DNA of 13,870 bases from an uncultured bacterium (GTDB lineage: Bacteria; Abyssobacteria; SURF-5), in assembly GCA_964510165.1 (NCBI GenBank), contig CAZEBC010000037.1, positions 1-13,870 of the forward strand. The letters are read 5' to 3'. The position numbers and the translations under genes were made by a program. Shown in pieces: positions 1-8,649 of this stretch. How positions within the stretch are numbered: position 1 is the stretch's first letter; every line of letters begins with the position of its first letter. The notes below the pieces were generated by a model. The model saw only the letters and a program-made list of their open reading frames with translations. It had not been told where the DNA came from and ran no database searches.

Positions 1-251
1 AGATAATCGATGGGGCTTGCCGGCGAGGCGAAGTGCAGGACATAATCAAGCGGGCCGGCGACATAAATGTATTCGGTCACGTCGTGTTTGATGAACTTGA
101 ACTTTGGATTTCCGAACAGGTGCGCGATGTTGTCGCGATTGCCCGTTATGAGATTATCCATGCAAATGACTTCGTGTCCTTCAGCAATGAAGCGATCACA
201 CAGATGCGATCCCAGAAAGCCGGCGCCACCCGTTATCAAGACCTTGGCCAA
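1..251 (-). CDS. UDP-glucuronate decarboxylase (UDP-xylose synthase)-like SDR, N-terminal 83 codons, runs off the window edge
   Basis: Not in ORF track. Manual translation from TTG at 251: [93 protein letters not shown]ossmann motif and [11 protein letters not shown] are typical of the UXS family. Strong SD AAGGAGGT at 264-257. Confidence 0.88.
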   Translation of the reverse strand, partial: MAKVLITGGAGFLGSHLCDRFIAEGHEVICMDNLITGNRDNIAHLFGNPKFKFIKHDVTEYIYVAGPLDYVLHFASPASPIDY

Positions 252-266
252 CAGATACCTCCTTCG

Positions 267-1229
267 TCAGAACCCGCGCCAGTACTCGATCATGTCTGAG
301 AGGGTTTTCTCCAGGGGGATGGTCGGCTGCCAGTTGATTGCTCGTCTGAGTTTGGCGTAATCCCCTCTGATTTCGCTGACATCGCTGCCGCGGGCGCGTT
401 CGGGCTGTTTGACAACGCTGAATGTGTGTCCCGATATTGCGAGCAGGGAATCGAGAATCCGGCCGATTTCCACAGCCTTTCCCGAACAGATATTGTAGAC
501 CTCGCCTTGCTCTCCGCGCCTCAGGACATCGCGATAGGCCCGGACCACGTCTCTCACGTCGGTGAAATCGCGTTTCGGTTTCAAGTTGCCGACCCATATC
601 TCCGGCGGTCTTCGGCCTTTCTCCGCCTCGACTATCTGGCGCGCGAAGTCGGAGCAGACGAATTGGGGCGACTGGCGGGGCCCCGTATGATTGAACGGAC
701 GGACCCGAACCACCCGCATGGAACCGGAGGCCGCATATTGGTAAGCCAGCATGCCCGCGCTGACCTTGCTGACGGAATAGGGATTGAGCGGCCTTAGCGG
801 GTTCTGTTCGGTGACTGGAAGCTCGTCTTCCTTGACGCGCCCGTATTCGTCGGCAGAGCCGACGAACAGGACGCTCGGCGAAGGTTGCAGTCGTTTGGCG
901 GCCTCGAATACGTTCAAGGTGCCGAACAGGTTGATCTCGAACGTAAGGCGCGGGTCGGCAATGGAATCGGGAATGAAGGCGAGTGCGGCGAGATGGTAAA
1001 TCTCGTCGGGCCTGGTTTCGGCGATCAGTTTCCTCGCGGCCCCGGCGTCGCGAATATCACAGGGAAACAAGCCAACCCGTGTCTTGAAGGGTTCAATGTT
1101 TCGGGTGGTCTCTCCGGGAAGACATGCGCCCATGACTTCGTCTCCCCCAGAAAGCAGAAGCTCGGCCAGATGAGAGCCTGCAAAACCGGCTATGCCAGTT
1201 ATGAGCACTTTCATTGTGTTATCAGACAC
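267..1229 (-). CDS. GDP-4-keto-6-deoxy-D-mannose reductase (Rmd)-like extended SDR (GDP-mannose dehydratase family)
   Basis: TGIAGFAGSHL NAD(P) motif, YHLAA, GSADEYG, YSVSK (YxxxK), RPFNHTGPRQSPQFV, VGNL..KRDFTDVRDVVRAY. Start is GTG 1229 or ATG 1214 (MKVLITG); no clear SD for either. Confidence 0.8.
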   Translation of the reverse strand: MSDNTMKVLITGIAGFAGSHLAELLLSGGDEVMGACLPGETTRNIEPFKTRVGLFPCDIRDAGAARKLIAETRPDEIYHLAALAFIPDSIADPRLTFEINLFGTLNVFEAAKRLQPSPSVLFVGSADEYGRVKEDELPVTEQNPLRPLNPYSVSKVSAGMLAYQYAASGSMRVVRVRPFNHTGPRQSPQFVCSDFARQIVEAEKGRRPPEIWVGNLKPKRDFTDVRDVVRAYRDVLRRGEQGEVYNICSGKAVEIGRILDSLLAISGHTFSVVKQPERARGSDVSEIRGDYAKLRRAINWQPTIPLEKTLSDMIEYWRGF

Positions 1230-1230
1230 G

Positions 1231-1259
1231 GACGGGCCGTGCGGAGGGTGCAGCCCGTC
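1231..1259 (-). other. GC-rich intergenic hairpin
   Basis: Minus strand GACGGGC-TGC-ACCCTCC-GCA-CG-GCCCGTC fills nearly the whole gap between two SDR genes; no U-tract. Confidence 0.6.
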
Positions 1260-2222
1260 TCACTCCTTGAAATAATCAATGACGCGGCGGAGCAGTTCTT
1301 CCAGCGAGGTCTTCGGCTCGAAGCCTACGAGGCGCCGGGCCTTGCTGATATCGGGAACCCGCCTGCGCAGGTCCTCGAACCCTCTTTCATAGGCACGCTC
1401 GTACGGAACATATTCGATAGTGGACTCGCTTTCGGTCAGCGCGATGATTTTCCTGGCGAGGTCTTCGATGGATATGGCTTCAGTTGAACCGAGATTGAAG
1501 ATCTCGCCCTCTGCGGCCTTGTGTTCGGAGAGCGCGAGTATACCTTCGACAACGTCCTTCACATAGGAAAAGCAGCGCACTTGCTTGCCGTCTCCGTAGA
1601 CCTGGAGCGGGTGTCCGAGCAAGGCCGCTTTGACGAATCGCGGAATGACCATGCCGTATTCGCCCGTCTGCCTGGGGCCACAGGTATTGAAGAATCTGAG
1701 GATGACGATGGGAAGCCTCTTTTCGCGCCAATATGCCAGTGCCAGGAACTCGTCGAATGCTTTGGTGCAGGAGTATCCCCACCTCGATATCGAGGTTGAG
1801 CCGAGGATTCGATCGTCGTTTTCTGAGAGGCTTTCCTTTTCGTTCTTCCCATAAATCTCAGAGGTCGAGGCAAGCACGACCTTTCGCTTGTAGCGATTTG
1901 CCGAGTCGAAGACGTTTTCGGTTCCCTTGGTGTTCGTCCAGAGCGAATGAAGCGGATTGTCTATGATATATTTGACGCCGACAGCGGCCGCCATGTGGAA
2001 GACCAGATTGGAACGAGCCACAAGTCGGTCCACGATTGCGGGGTCCATCACCGTGCTGAGGACGAACTCAAAGTTGGGATTGTCCTGAAGGTGGCTGATA
2101 TTGTCGCGGCTTCCTGTCGAGAGGTCGTCCAGCACGGTCACCTTCTGTCCGCGCTCGAGCAAAGCTTCGGCAAGGTGCGAGCCTATGAAGCCTGCGCCGC
2201 CTGTTACCAACGCGTGGGCCAT
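1260..2222 (-). CDS. NAD-dependent nucleotide-sugar epimerase/dehydratase/decarboxylase (extended SDR, ArnA C-terminal/UXS-like)
   Basis: TGGAGFIGSHL, STSEIYG, RWGYSCTK (YxxxK), RFFNTCGPRQ, VYGDGKQVRCF, RRVPDI. SD-like GGAAAGG upstream of the ATG. Substrate not determinable from sequence. Confidence 0.85.
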   Translation of the reverse strand: MAHALVTGGAGFIGSHLAEALLERGQKVTVLDDLSTGSRDNISHLQDNPNFEFVLSTVMDPAIVDRLVARSNLVFHMAAAVGVKYIIDNPLHSLWTNTKGTENVFDSANRYKRKVVLASTSEIYGKNEKESLSENDDRILGSTSISRWGYSCTKAFDEFLALAYWREKRLPIVILRFFNTCGPRQTGEYGMVIPRFVKAALLGHPLQVYGDGKQVRCFSYVKDVVEGILALSEHKAAEGEIFNLGSTEAISIEDLARKIIALTESESTIEYVPYERAYERGFEDLRRRVPDISKARRLVGFEPKTSLEELLRRVIDYFKE

Positions 2223-4330
2223 GCATGCCTTTCCAGAATCGGCTGAATCGCCGTCTTACGTTGAATTTGACTCATTGGGAATGCCTTGATGTTAAAGACC
2301 AGCATAAAGGAGGTGGCCTCCTGTCTGTCCGTCACGCTAAGCATGGCCTCCCAGCAATGGAGGTCGCGCCACACCCATATTTCCTGGTACGAGAACTCTT
2401 CAAGGGAAATATCGTATCGCTGCTGGAATCCAGCGCGCCACAGCGGTCCTAAGGACTTGCTGAGGGAATACACCAACTGGGTAGAGAAGGGTATCAGCAC
2501 AGTGTCCTCATGAATGACGCCGAAGGAGGCCCTCAGCGATTGCGGTTTCACGTAGCGAAGGGTCACGCTCACGATGTCGCTCCGGCTCTCGTCCCTGAAG
2601 TCGTTCTGCTCCTTAAGGGCGAGTTCCCATTGAGGGAAGGGCCGTACGAGGAGTTCATTTTCGAGCAGGGCAAACTTGTCGTCGCCGTCAGTGAATTCGA
2701 AGCCGACGGTTACGGTGTGCTGGAGGGGTTCTATCCTCGCTCCATCGCGCCGCTTGGCCTGAAGGTAGTTATTGACCTCGACTTCGACAAGGTTTTCGTC
2801 GTCAATCAGGTCAACGGAATCGAACTGGTGAAGTTCGTCAGGCTCTTCAGCGGGAGTGGGGCGAACGCGATACGTGACGGTCGGCACAATGAGATGTCGA
2901 AACGCCGTGTATCGAGCGAACGGAGAGTCGTAGATTCTCTGGAAATGAGATTGCGCGATGGCGCCCGTCGAGCCCGAGAGGCGGTATTCGTCATCCTCAT
3001 CCAGCGTGCTCGAGTAATAGGTTCCGTCGGCCTCGACGAACGGCACGAGAGTGACCCACTCGAGGTCGCGAAATGGATACGCCATCCGCGCCTGGGTGAA
3101 ATTTCTCGCGGACTGCGGGCCGTCGGGGTCCACGTTCAGGTACACGCTTTCGTTCGAGAGATTGTAGAAAACGCCGGTATCGCCAAGTTCCTGCTCAAGC
3201 AACTCAAGCCTGAGACCCGGCACCCGCTCGACGTCGGTTATATAATCGACAAGCCTCACGCGGGTGATGAAAGATATGACGCTATGCTCGTCGGTGCGGT
3301 CGATATTGAGAAATGTCTCCGGCGCCTCGCGTTCAGCGAAATCGTCGAAATCAAAAGTCTTTAGGATTTCGCGGTCGCTGAGGTATTCGATTTGCAGAAG
3401 AGCGGTCCAGTAGTCTGACAAGGTTTGGCGGTAGTAGAGGTCGGCTTTGCCCCTGTCCTTGTCGATGCCAGGTTCCTCGGTATTGTCTTCGTTCTGGTCC
3501 GAGATGTAGAACGAATCGAATCTTCCGCGCCCCTGTCCGTCGAACAGGCTCAGCCGACCGTCCAGGCCGCCCGCGACGCCGCTCTTGGTGAATCCCCATA
3601 TGTGCGGATTGAGCAGAACCTGGTCCCCCACCTCGAAGTTGTATCCTATGCGGGCGTAAGCGCCCACATCACTCTGTGTGCCCGCGGTGAACTCGAACGG
3701 AGACCCCCTTGGGCCGAGGTCCTGGGAATAATACGGGAAATAGAAAATCGGGACGGGTCCGGCAAAGAGTGTGAGATCCCGCGCGACTACGCGTTCATCG
3801 GGGATGACATCAACAGATCTGGCTTCGAGACGATAATGAGGGCGGTCAAGATCGCATGTGGTCAACGATGCCCGTTCCACGGAGTACATACCGGTTGGCT
3901 CACGCTCCAGCGTGTCGGCGGTGACATACCATGGAATGGAATGTCCACGGGCATCATAGAAGACGCCCTCCTCCTTCTCGAAATCGTATATGCCCCGAGC
4001 GCCTTTCACTATGTCCTCTCCACGGGTTGCGATGACATTACCCTCGATCTCAACGAGTCGCCTCGGAAGGTTTACGATCACCTTATCGCCGCGCAATCTG
4101 ACGCTTTCCTGGACTATCCTCACGTCGCCGGTTCCTGTGACGATTCCGGTCTCGCGCTCATAGCTGAAGCTGTCCCCAGAAAAATAGACGGGCTTGTCTT
4201 TAGCGAAGACTTGTTCCTCACTCTCTGCGAACTCATCTACGGCGAGTGCGTATGAATGTGAGAGCATGCCGATCATAACCACAAAAAGGAAGAGGGATAT
4301 GCTTCCCACGCTCCGCACAATCGTTCGCAC
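2204..4330 (-). CDS. lptD: LPS-assembly outer-membrane protein LptD
   Basis: Signal-peptide-like N-terminus ending SYALA; OstA-like jellyroll (TGDVRI..GDKV..EGNV); LTTCD-x-x-x-PHY and VPIFYFPY motifs; long amphipathic beta-strand region; C-terminal DLHCW. Start moved from track TTG 4357 to in-frame GTG 4330, which has AGGAG 7 nt upstream. Confidence 0.85.
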   Translation of the reverse strand: MRTIVRSVGSISLFLFVVMIGMLSHSYALAVDEFAESEEQVFAKDKPVYFSGDSFSYERETGIVTGTGDVRIVQESVRLRGDKVIVNLPRRLVEIEGNVIATRGEDIVKGARGIYDFEKEEGVFYDARGHSIPWYVTADTLEREPTGMYSVERASLTTCDLDRPHYRLEARSVDVIPDERVVARDLTLFAGPVPIFYFPYYSQDLGPRGSPFEFTAGTQSDVGAYARIGYNFEVGDQVLLNPHIWGFTKSGVAGGLDGRLSLFDGQGRGRFDSFYISDQNEDNTEEPGIDKDRGKADLYYRQTLSDYWTALLQIEYLSDREILKTFDFDDFAEREAPETFLNIDRTDEHSVISFITRVRLVDYITDVERVPGLRLELLEQELGDTGVFYNLSNESVYLNVDPDGPQSARNFTQARMAYPFRDLEWVTLVPFVEADGTYYSSTLDEDDEYRLSGSTGAIAQSHFQRIYDSPFARYTAFRHLIVPTVTYRVRPTPAEEPDELHQFDSVDLIDDENLVEVEVNNYLQAKRRDGARIEPLQHTVTVGFEFTDGDDKFALLENELLVRPFPQWELALKEQNDFRDESRSDIVSVTLRYVKPQSLRASFGVIHEDTVLIPFSTQLVYSLSKSLGPLWRAGFQQRYDISLEEFSYQEIWVWRDLHCWEAMLSVTDRQEATSFMLVFNIKAFPMSQIQRKTAIQPILERHAWPTRW

Positions 4331-4437
4331 TGTATGACTCCTGCAGGCCGATCTCAAGCTTTATCCGTGAGGAACCGGATGCGGAACTTCATCACCGAGC
4401 GACGCAGTCTCACCCAAGTGAAGCAAAATATCGAGTG

Positions 4438-4466
4438 ATTATAACACAGGGCCGAGGATACTTCAA
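4438..4466 (-). promoter_or_regulatory. sigma70-type promoter for lptD operon
   Basis: Minus strand TTGAAG (4466-4461), 17-bp spacer, TATAAT (4443-4438), with extended -10 TG (TGTTATAAT); about 110 bp upstream of the lptD start. Confidence 0.7.
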
Positions 4467-4630
4467 TCCCAGAGAGTAAGTGAGAGCTAAAGTGCCCAAA
4501 GTCTCTAGAGTGTTCCGACGTGCACAGACGGACACGGACTGGCACTGACATTCGATTCAGTTTTTCTTTTCGCTTTCGACCCGGTGGTTGAGTTGGTCGA
4601 ACGATTTTGGATCCACAGGGTTCTTTGGTT

Positions 4631-4665
4631 CCTTTTCGCCCTTTTCCCTTCCCCTTTTCGCCCTT
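4631..4665. repeat. 13-bp perfect direct repeat in a pyrimidine-rich tract
   Basis: CCTTTTCGCCCTT at 4631-4643 and 4653-4665, period 22 bp. Confidence 0.6.
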
Positions 4666-4740
4666 GCTCTTTGAAAGACGCCTCGTTTCGACCGGGAAGG
4701 ACCGCTTTGGATGCGTAAGCCCTGGGGCAGCACGGAGCGG

Positions 4741-6533
4741 TTATGCGGCGCCTTCGTCCAGGAATTGGCGGTCATAGGCGGCAACGAGCTCTCCCCTACT
4801 GAGGATACCGATTGGCATTCGCGGGTCTGCCTCATCCACGACGACCAATTCGTCAATGCGCGAGACGACCATCTTGTGGACGGCGGAATAGAGGTCTTCA
4901 TGAGGGGTGACCGTTGGCGAATCACTGGCCAGTTCTTTCGCGATGATGAGACGGTCAATGAATCCCGCCTCGCTTACGGTACGACGCAAGTCTTTGCCGT
5001 CAACCACGCCAATGAGCTTACTTTCCGCGTCAACAACGGGGAAGCAGGTGTGTGTTTCGAGGTTGCGAACTTCTCGAGCAATTCATGAAGGGTTGCAGAT
5101 TCGTTCACCGTGATGACCTGATTTCGGCCTCCGTCGCCTATGGCGTCGGCGACGGTGAGGCGTTTGAGTATCCCGCCCATCATCTCGCCGACGTGGGAGG
5201 GTGCGTCCATGCGGGTTGATATCTGTTTCTCATAGATGGTTAAGCGTCGAACCAGCAGGTATGCGATGATGCACACCCACATTGACGGGACAAGCAAATG
5301 GTAGTTGCCGGTCATTTCACTTACCATGATGACGGTGGAGATTGGCGTATTGGCGGCGGCGAAAAAGCCTGCCATTCCCACGAGAACGAATGCGCCCGGC
5401 TGAATACCCATGTCCGGAAAGGCGAGCTGCAAGACCTGTCCCACGGCGCCTCCGAGGGCGCCGCCGATGACAACTGACGGACCAAACACGCCGCCGCTGC
5501 CTCCAGTGGCGATCGAGAAAGAGGTGGTCAGCATTTTCCCGAGAGCGATGGCCAGCAGGATGGAAAAACCGAACTGCCCTGCGAAAGCCCCCTGAACAAC
5601 GCCATATCCCGTTCCCAAGGCATCCGGCAGGAAAAACCCGATGAGGCCTACGACAAGTCCGCCAAGCGCCGGCTTGATGTGATTAGGGAGCGGAATCGAG
5701 CGAAAGGTGTCGCGGACTCCATAGAATATTTGGATGAAGAGCGAGGCTCCCCCGGCCACCGCAAGTGCGAGGACGAAGTACGGGATCAGTTCTGAGGGAT
5801 TCTCGAACACAAAGCCGGGTGTTTGAAACAGAGGATTCCAACCGAACTTGGTGGCGAAAATGGCGTACGCAATGACCGAGGAGATGATAGAGGGGACGAT
5901 GACCTCGTACTCCATGTCCATCTCCTTATAGAGGACTTCTGCGGCGAAAAGCGCGCTCGCAAGGGGCGCGTGGAAGATGGCCCCGATCCCCGCAGCCATC
6001 CCGGCAGCCACGAGGATGCGCCTTTCATAGGTGCTCAGCTTCAAGACGCAGGCAACGACCGAGCCGAATCCGGCCCCTATCTGTGCGATCGGCCCTTCCC
6101 TGCCGCCTGAGCCTCCTGTGCCTATGGTGATGGCTGAGGCGATGGCTTTGATAACCGGGACTCTCGCTCTGATCTGACCTTGTCGAAAGTGATAGGCCGC
6201 TATCGCGGAGTCTGTCCCATGTCCTTCGGCCTCGGGAGCAAGGGTGAACACAATGAGGCCGCTCACAAGTCCTCCGATGGCGGGAACGAAGAAGAGGACC
6301 CATCGGCGAAACGGTTCGCCGGTTGGCGCGAAGAGGGGTTCTTCGCCGCGCGGGCCTGGAGGATAATACCCGGCGGCGACCCCGAGCGCATAATGTCGGG
6401 TCGCCTCAAGCATCCACATGAAGGCGATTGCGCCGACCCCCGCGACGACGCCGACCAGTCCACAAAGGAACAGAAGTCGCCCCAGCTTCTGGGCGAGTTC
6501 AAACGGCGAGGGCAGGAGAGATTTGAGGAACAT
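4741..6533 (-). pseudogene. CLC chloride channel/transporter family protein with C-terminal CBS pair, frameshifted near 5048-5055 (track ORFs 4974..6533 and 4741..5007 are one gene)
   Basis: CLC motifs GHGTD, GGSGGREGP, FHAPL, GGSGGVFGP, EMTGNY, TIYEKQ. First frame reads ...EKFATSKHT then loses CBS character; second frame continues TCFPVVDAESKLIGVV...LVVVDEADPRMPIGILSRGELVAAY*. Could be a real mutation or a sequence error; the membrane domain is uninterrupted. Confidence 0.85.
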
Positions 6534-6580
6534 TCAGCTTCGTTCGGAAACCAGATGACCGATCACGCGCCGGCGTGACC

Positions 6581-6622
6581 CCCTCACCCTGCCCCTCTCG
6601 GAGGGAGAGAGTTGGGTGAGGG
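6581..6622. repeat. REP-like extragenic palindrome
   Basis: CCCTCACCC (6581-6589) / GGGTGAGGG (6614-6622) outer arms with an inner CTCTC/GAGAG stem; resembles the widespread CCCTCACCC..CTCTCCC..GGGAGAG intergenic palindromes. Single copy in this window. Confidence 0.6.
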
Positions 6623-6652
6623 AAAATGACCGTCATCGATGACATCGTTTTA

Positions 6653-6661
6653 ATTATACCA
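6653..6661 (-). promoter_or_regulatory. Extended -10 promoter element upstream of CLC gene
   Basis: Minus strand TGGTATAAT (TGn + TATAAT) just downstream of the atp terminator; no recognisable -35 at 17 bp. Confidence 0.55.
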
Positions 6662-6684
6662 AAGTGTGGCAGCGGCTTCCCGGG

Positions 6685-6720
6685 AAAGCAAAAAAGGCGC
6701 ACTGACCCGGCCAGTCGCGC
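6685..6720 (-). terminator. Intrinsic terminator of atp operon
   Basis: Minus strand GCGC-G-ACTGGC-CGG-GTCAGT-GCGC hairpin followed by CTTTTTTGCTTT, about 70 bp after the atpC stop. Confidence 0.7.
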
Positions 6721-6792
6721 ATGCCGTGCCAGTCCGCCCATGTGACAAAGGCTTGAATCCTCCGCGAGGGACAGTCGGAGAACCCGCAAAGC

Positions 6793-7205
6793 TCAGAGGG
6801 CCTCGGCGACCTTCAGACGCGCGACGGCGCGTTTGAGGGCGGCCTCCGCCCGAAGGAGGTCCGTATCAGGTTGGGGCGCCGACAGCCTCTGACGCGCGCG
6901 GTCCATCGCTGCGCGAGCGCGCGCGACGTCAATCTCTTCCCTCCGTTCGGCCGTATCGACGAGTAAGGTGCTGGATTTGGAAGTAACCACCAGGAACCCC
7001 TCCCCAACGGCCATCCGAAGATCGGCGCCGCCTCCTCTCTTTATGGAGACGACACCGGTCTCGACGTTTGTCAAAAGCGGCGCATGTCCGGCCAAGACAC
7101 CCAGATATCCGAGTCCGCCGGGCACAGTGAGGCATTCGACCTCGTCGCTGAACACCTTACGCTTAAGCGTGACTATTTCGAGCGGATAGGATCTCGCCAC
7201 TGTCA

Positions 7206-7206
<1 letters not shown>
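6793..7206 (-). CDS. atpC: ATP synthase F1 subunit epsilon
   Basis: LEIVT, PG..GYLGVLAGHAPLL, AERREEIDVARA, ALKRAVARL. ATG 7206 overlaps atpD stop (TGATG); GTG 7200 is an alternative start. Confidence 0.95.
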
Positions 7207-8609
<1,403 letters not shown>

Positions 8610-8649
8610 TCAATCTCCTTTTCAGACGGGGTAGAAGGCTCCCCTGTTA

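Noticed and set aside
4631..4665. CRISPR array or c-di-GMP riboswitch
   Set aside because: Only two 13-bp units with a 9-bp gap and no cas genes; the purine-rich strand has no complementary arms to form riboswitch stems.
4354..4958. ORFs 4557..4958 and 4354..4551 (minus)
   Set aside because: First overlaps the CBS frame and runs through low-complexity DNA; second spans the lptD promoter; no recognisable motifs.
4741..5007. Independent 88-aa CBS protein
   Set aside because: CBS similarity extends upstream of its GTG (TCFPVVD...LIG), and it lacks an SD; it is the tail of the CLC gene.
5040..5082. Programmed -1 ribosomal frameshift in the CLC gene
   Set aside because: No X XXY YYZ slippery heptamer at the junction; a 2-bp repeat-unit gain restores the CBS motif more exactly.
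6534..6650. Fluoride riboswitch upstream of the CLC gene
   Set aside because: GATG/GATGAC words occur, but I cannot build the crcB P1/pseudoknot arrangement, and the protein lacks CLC-F motifs GNNLI/GREGT. An Rfam scan would settle it.
6499..6789. 96-aa ORF between atpC and CLC
   Set aside because: Crosses terminator, promoter and palindrome; PHPTLSLREGQGEG is just the translated repeat.
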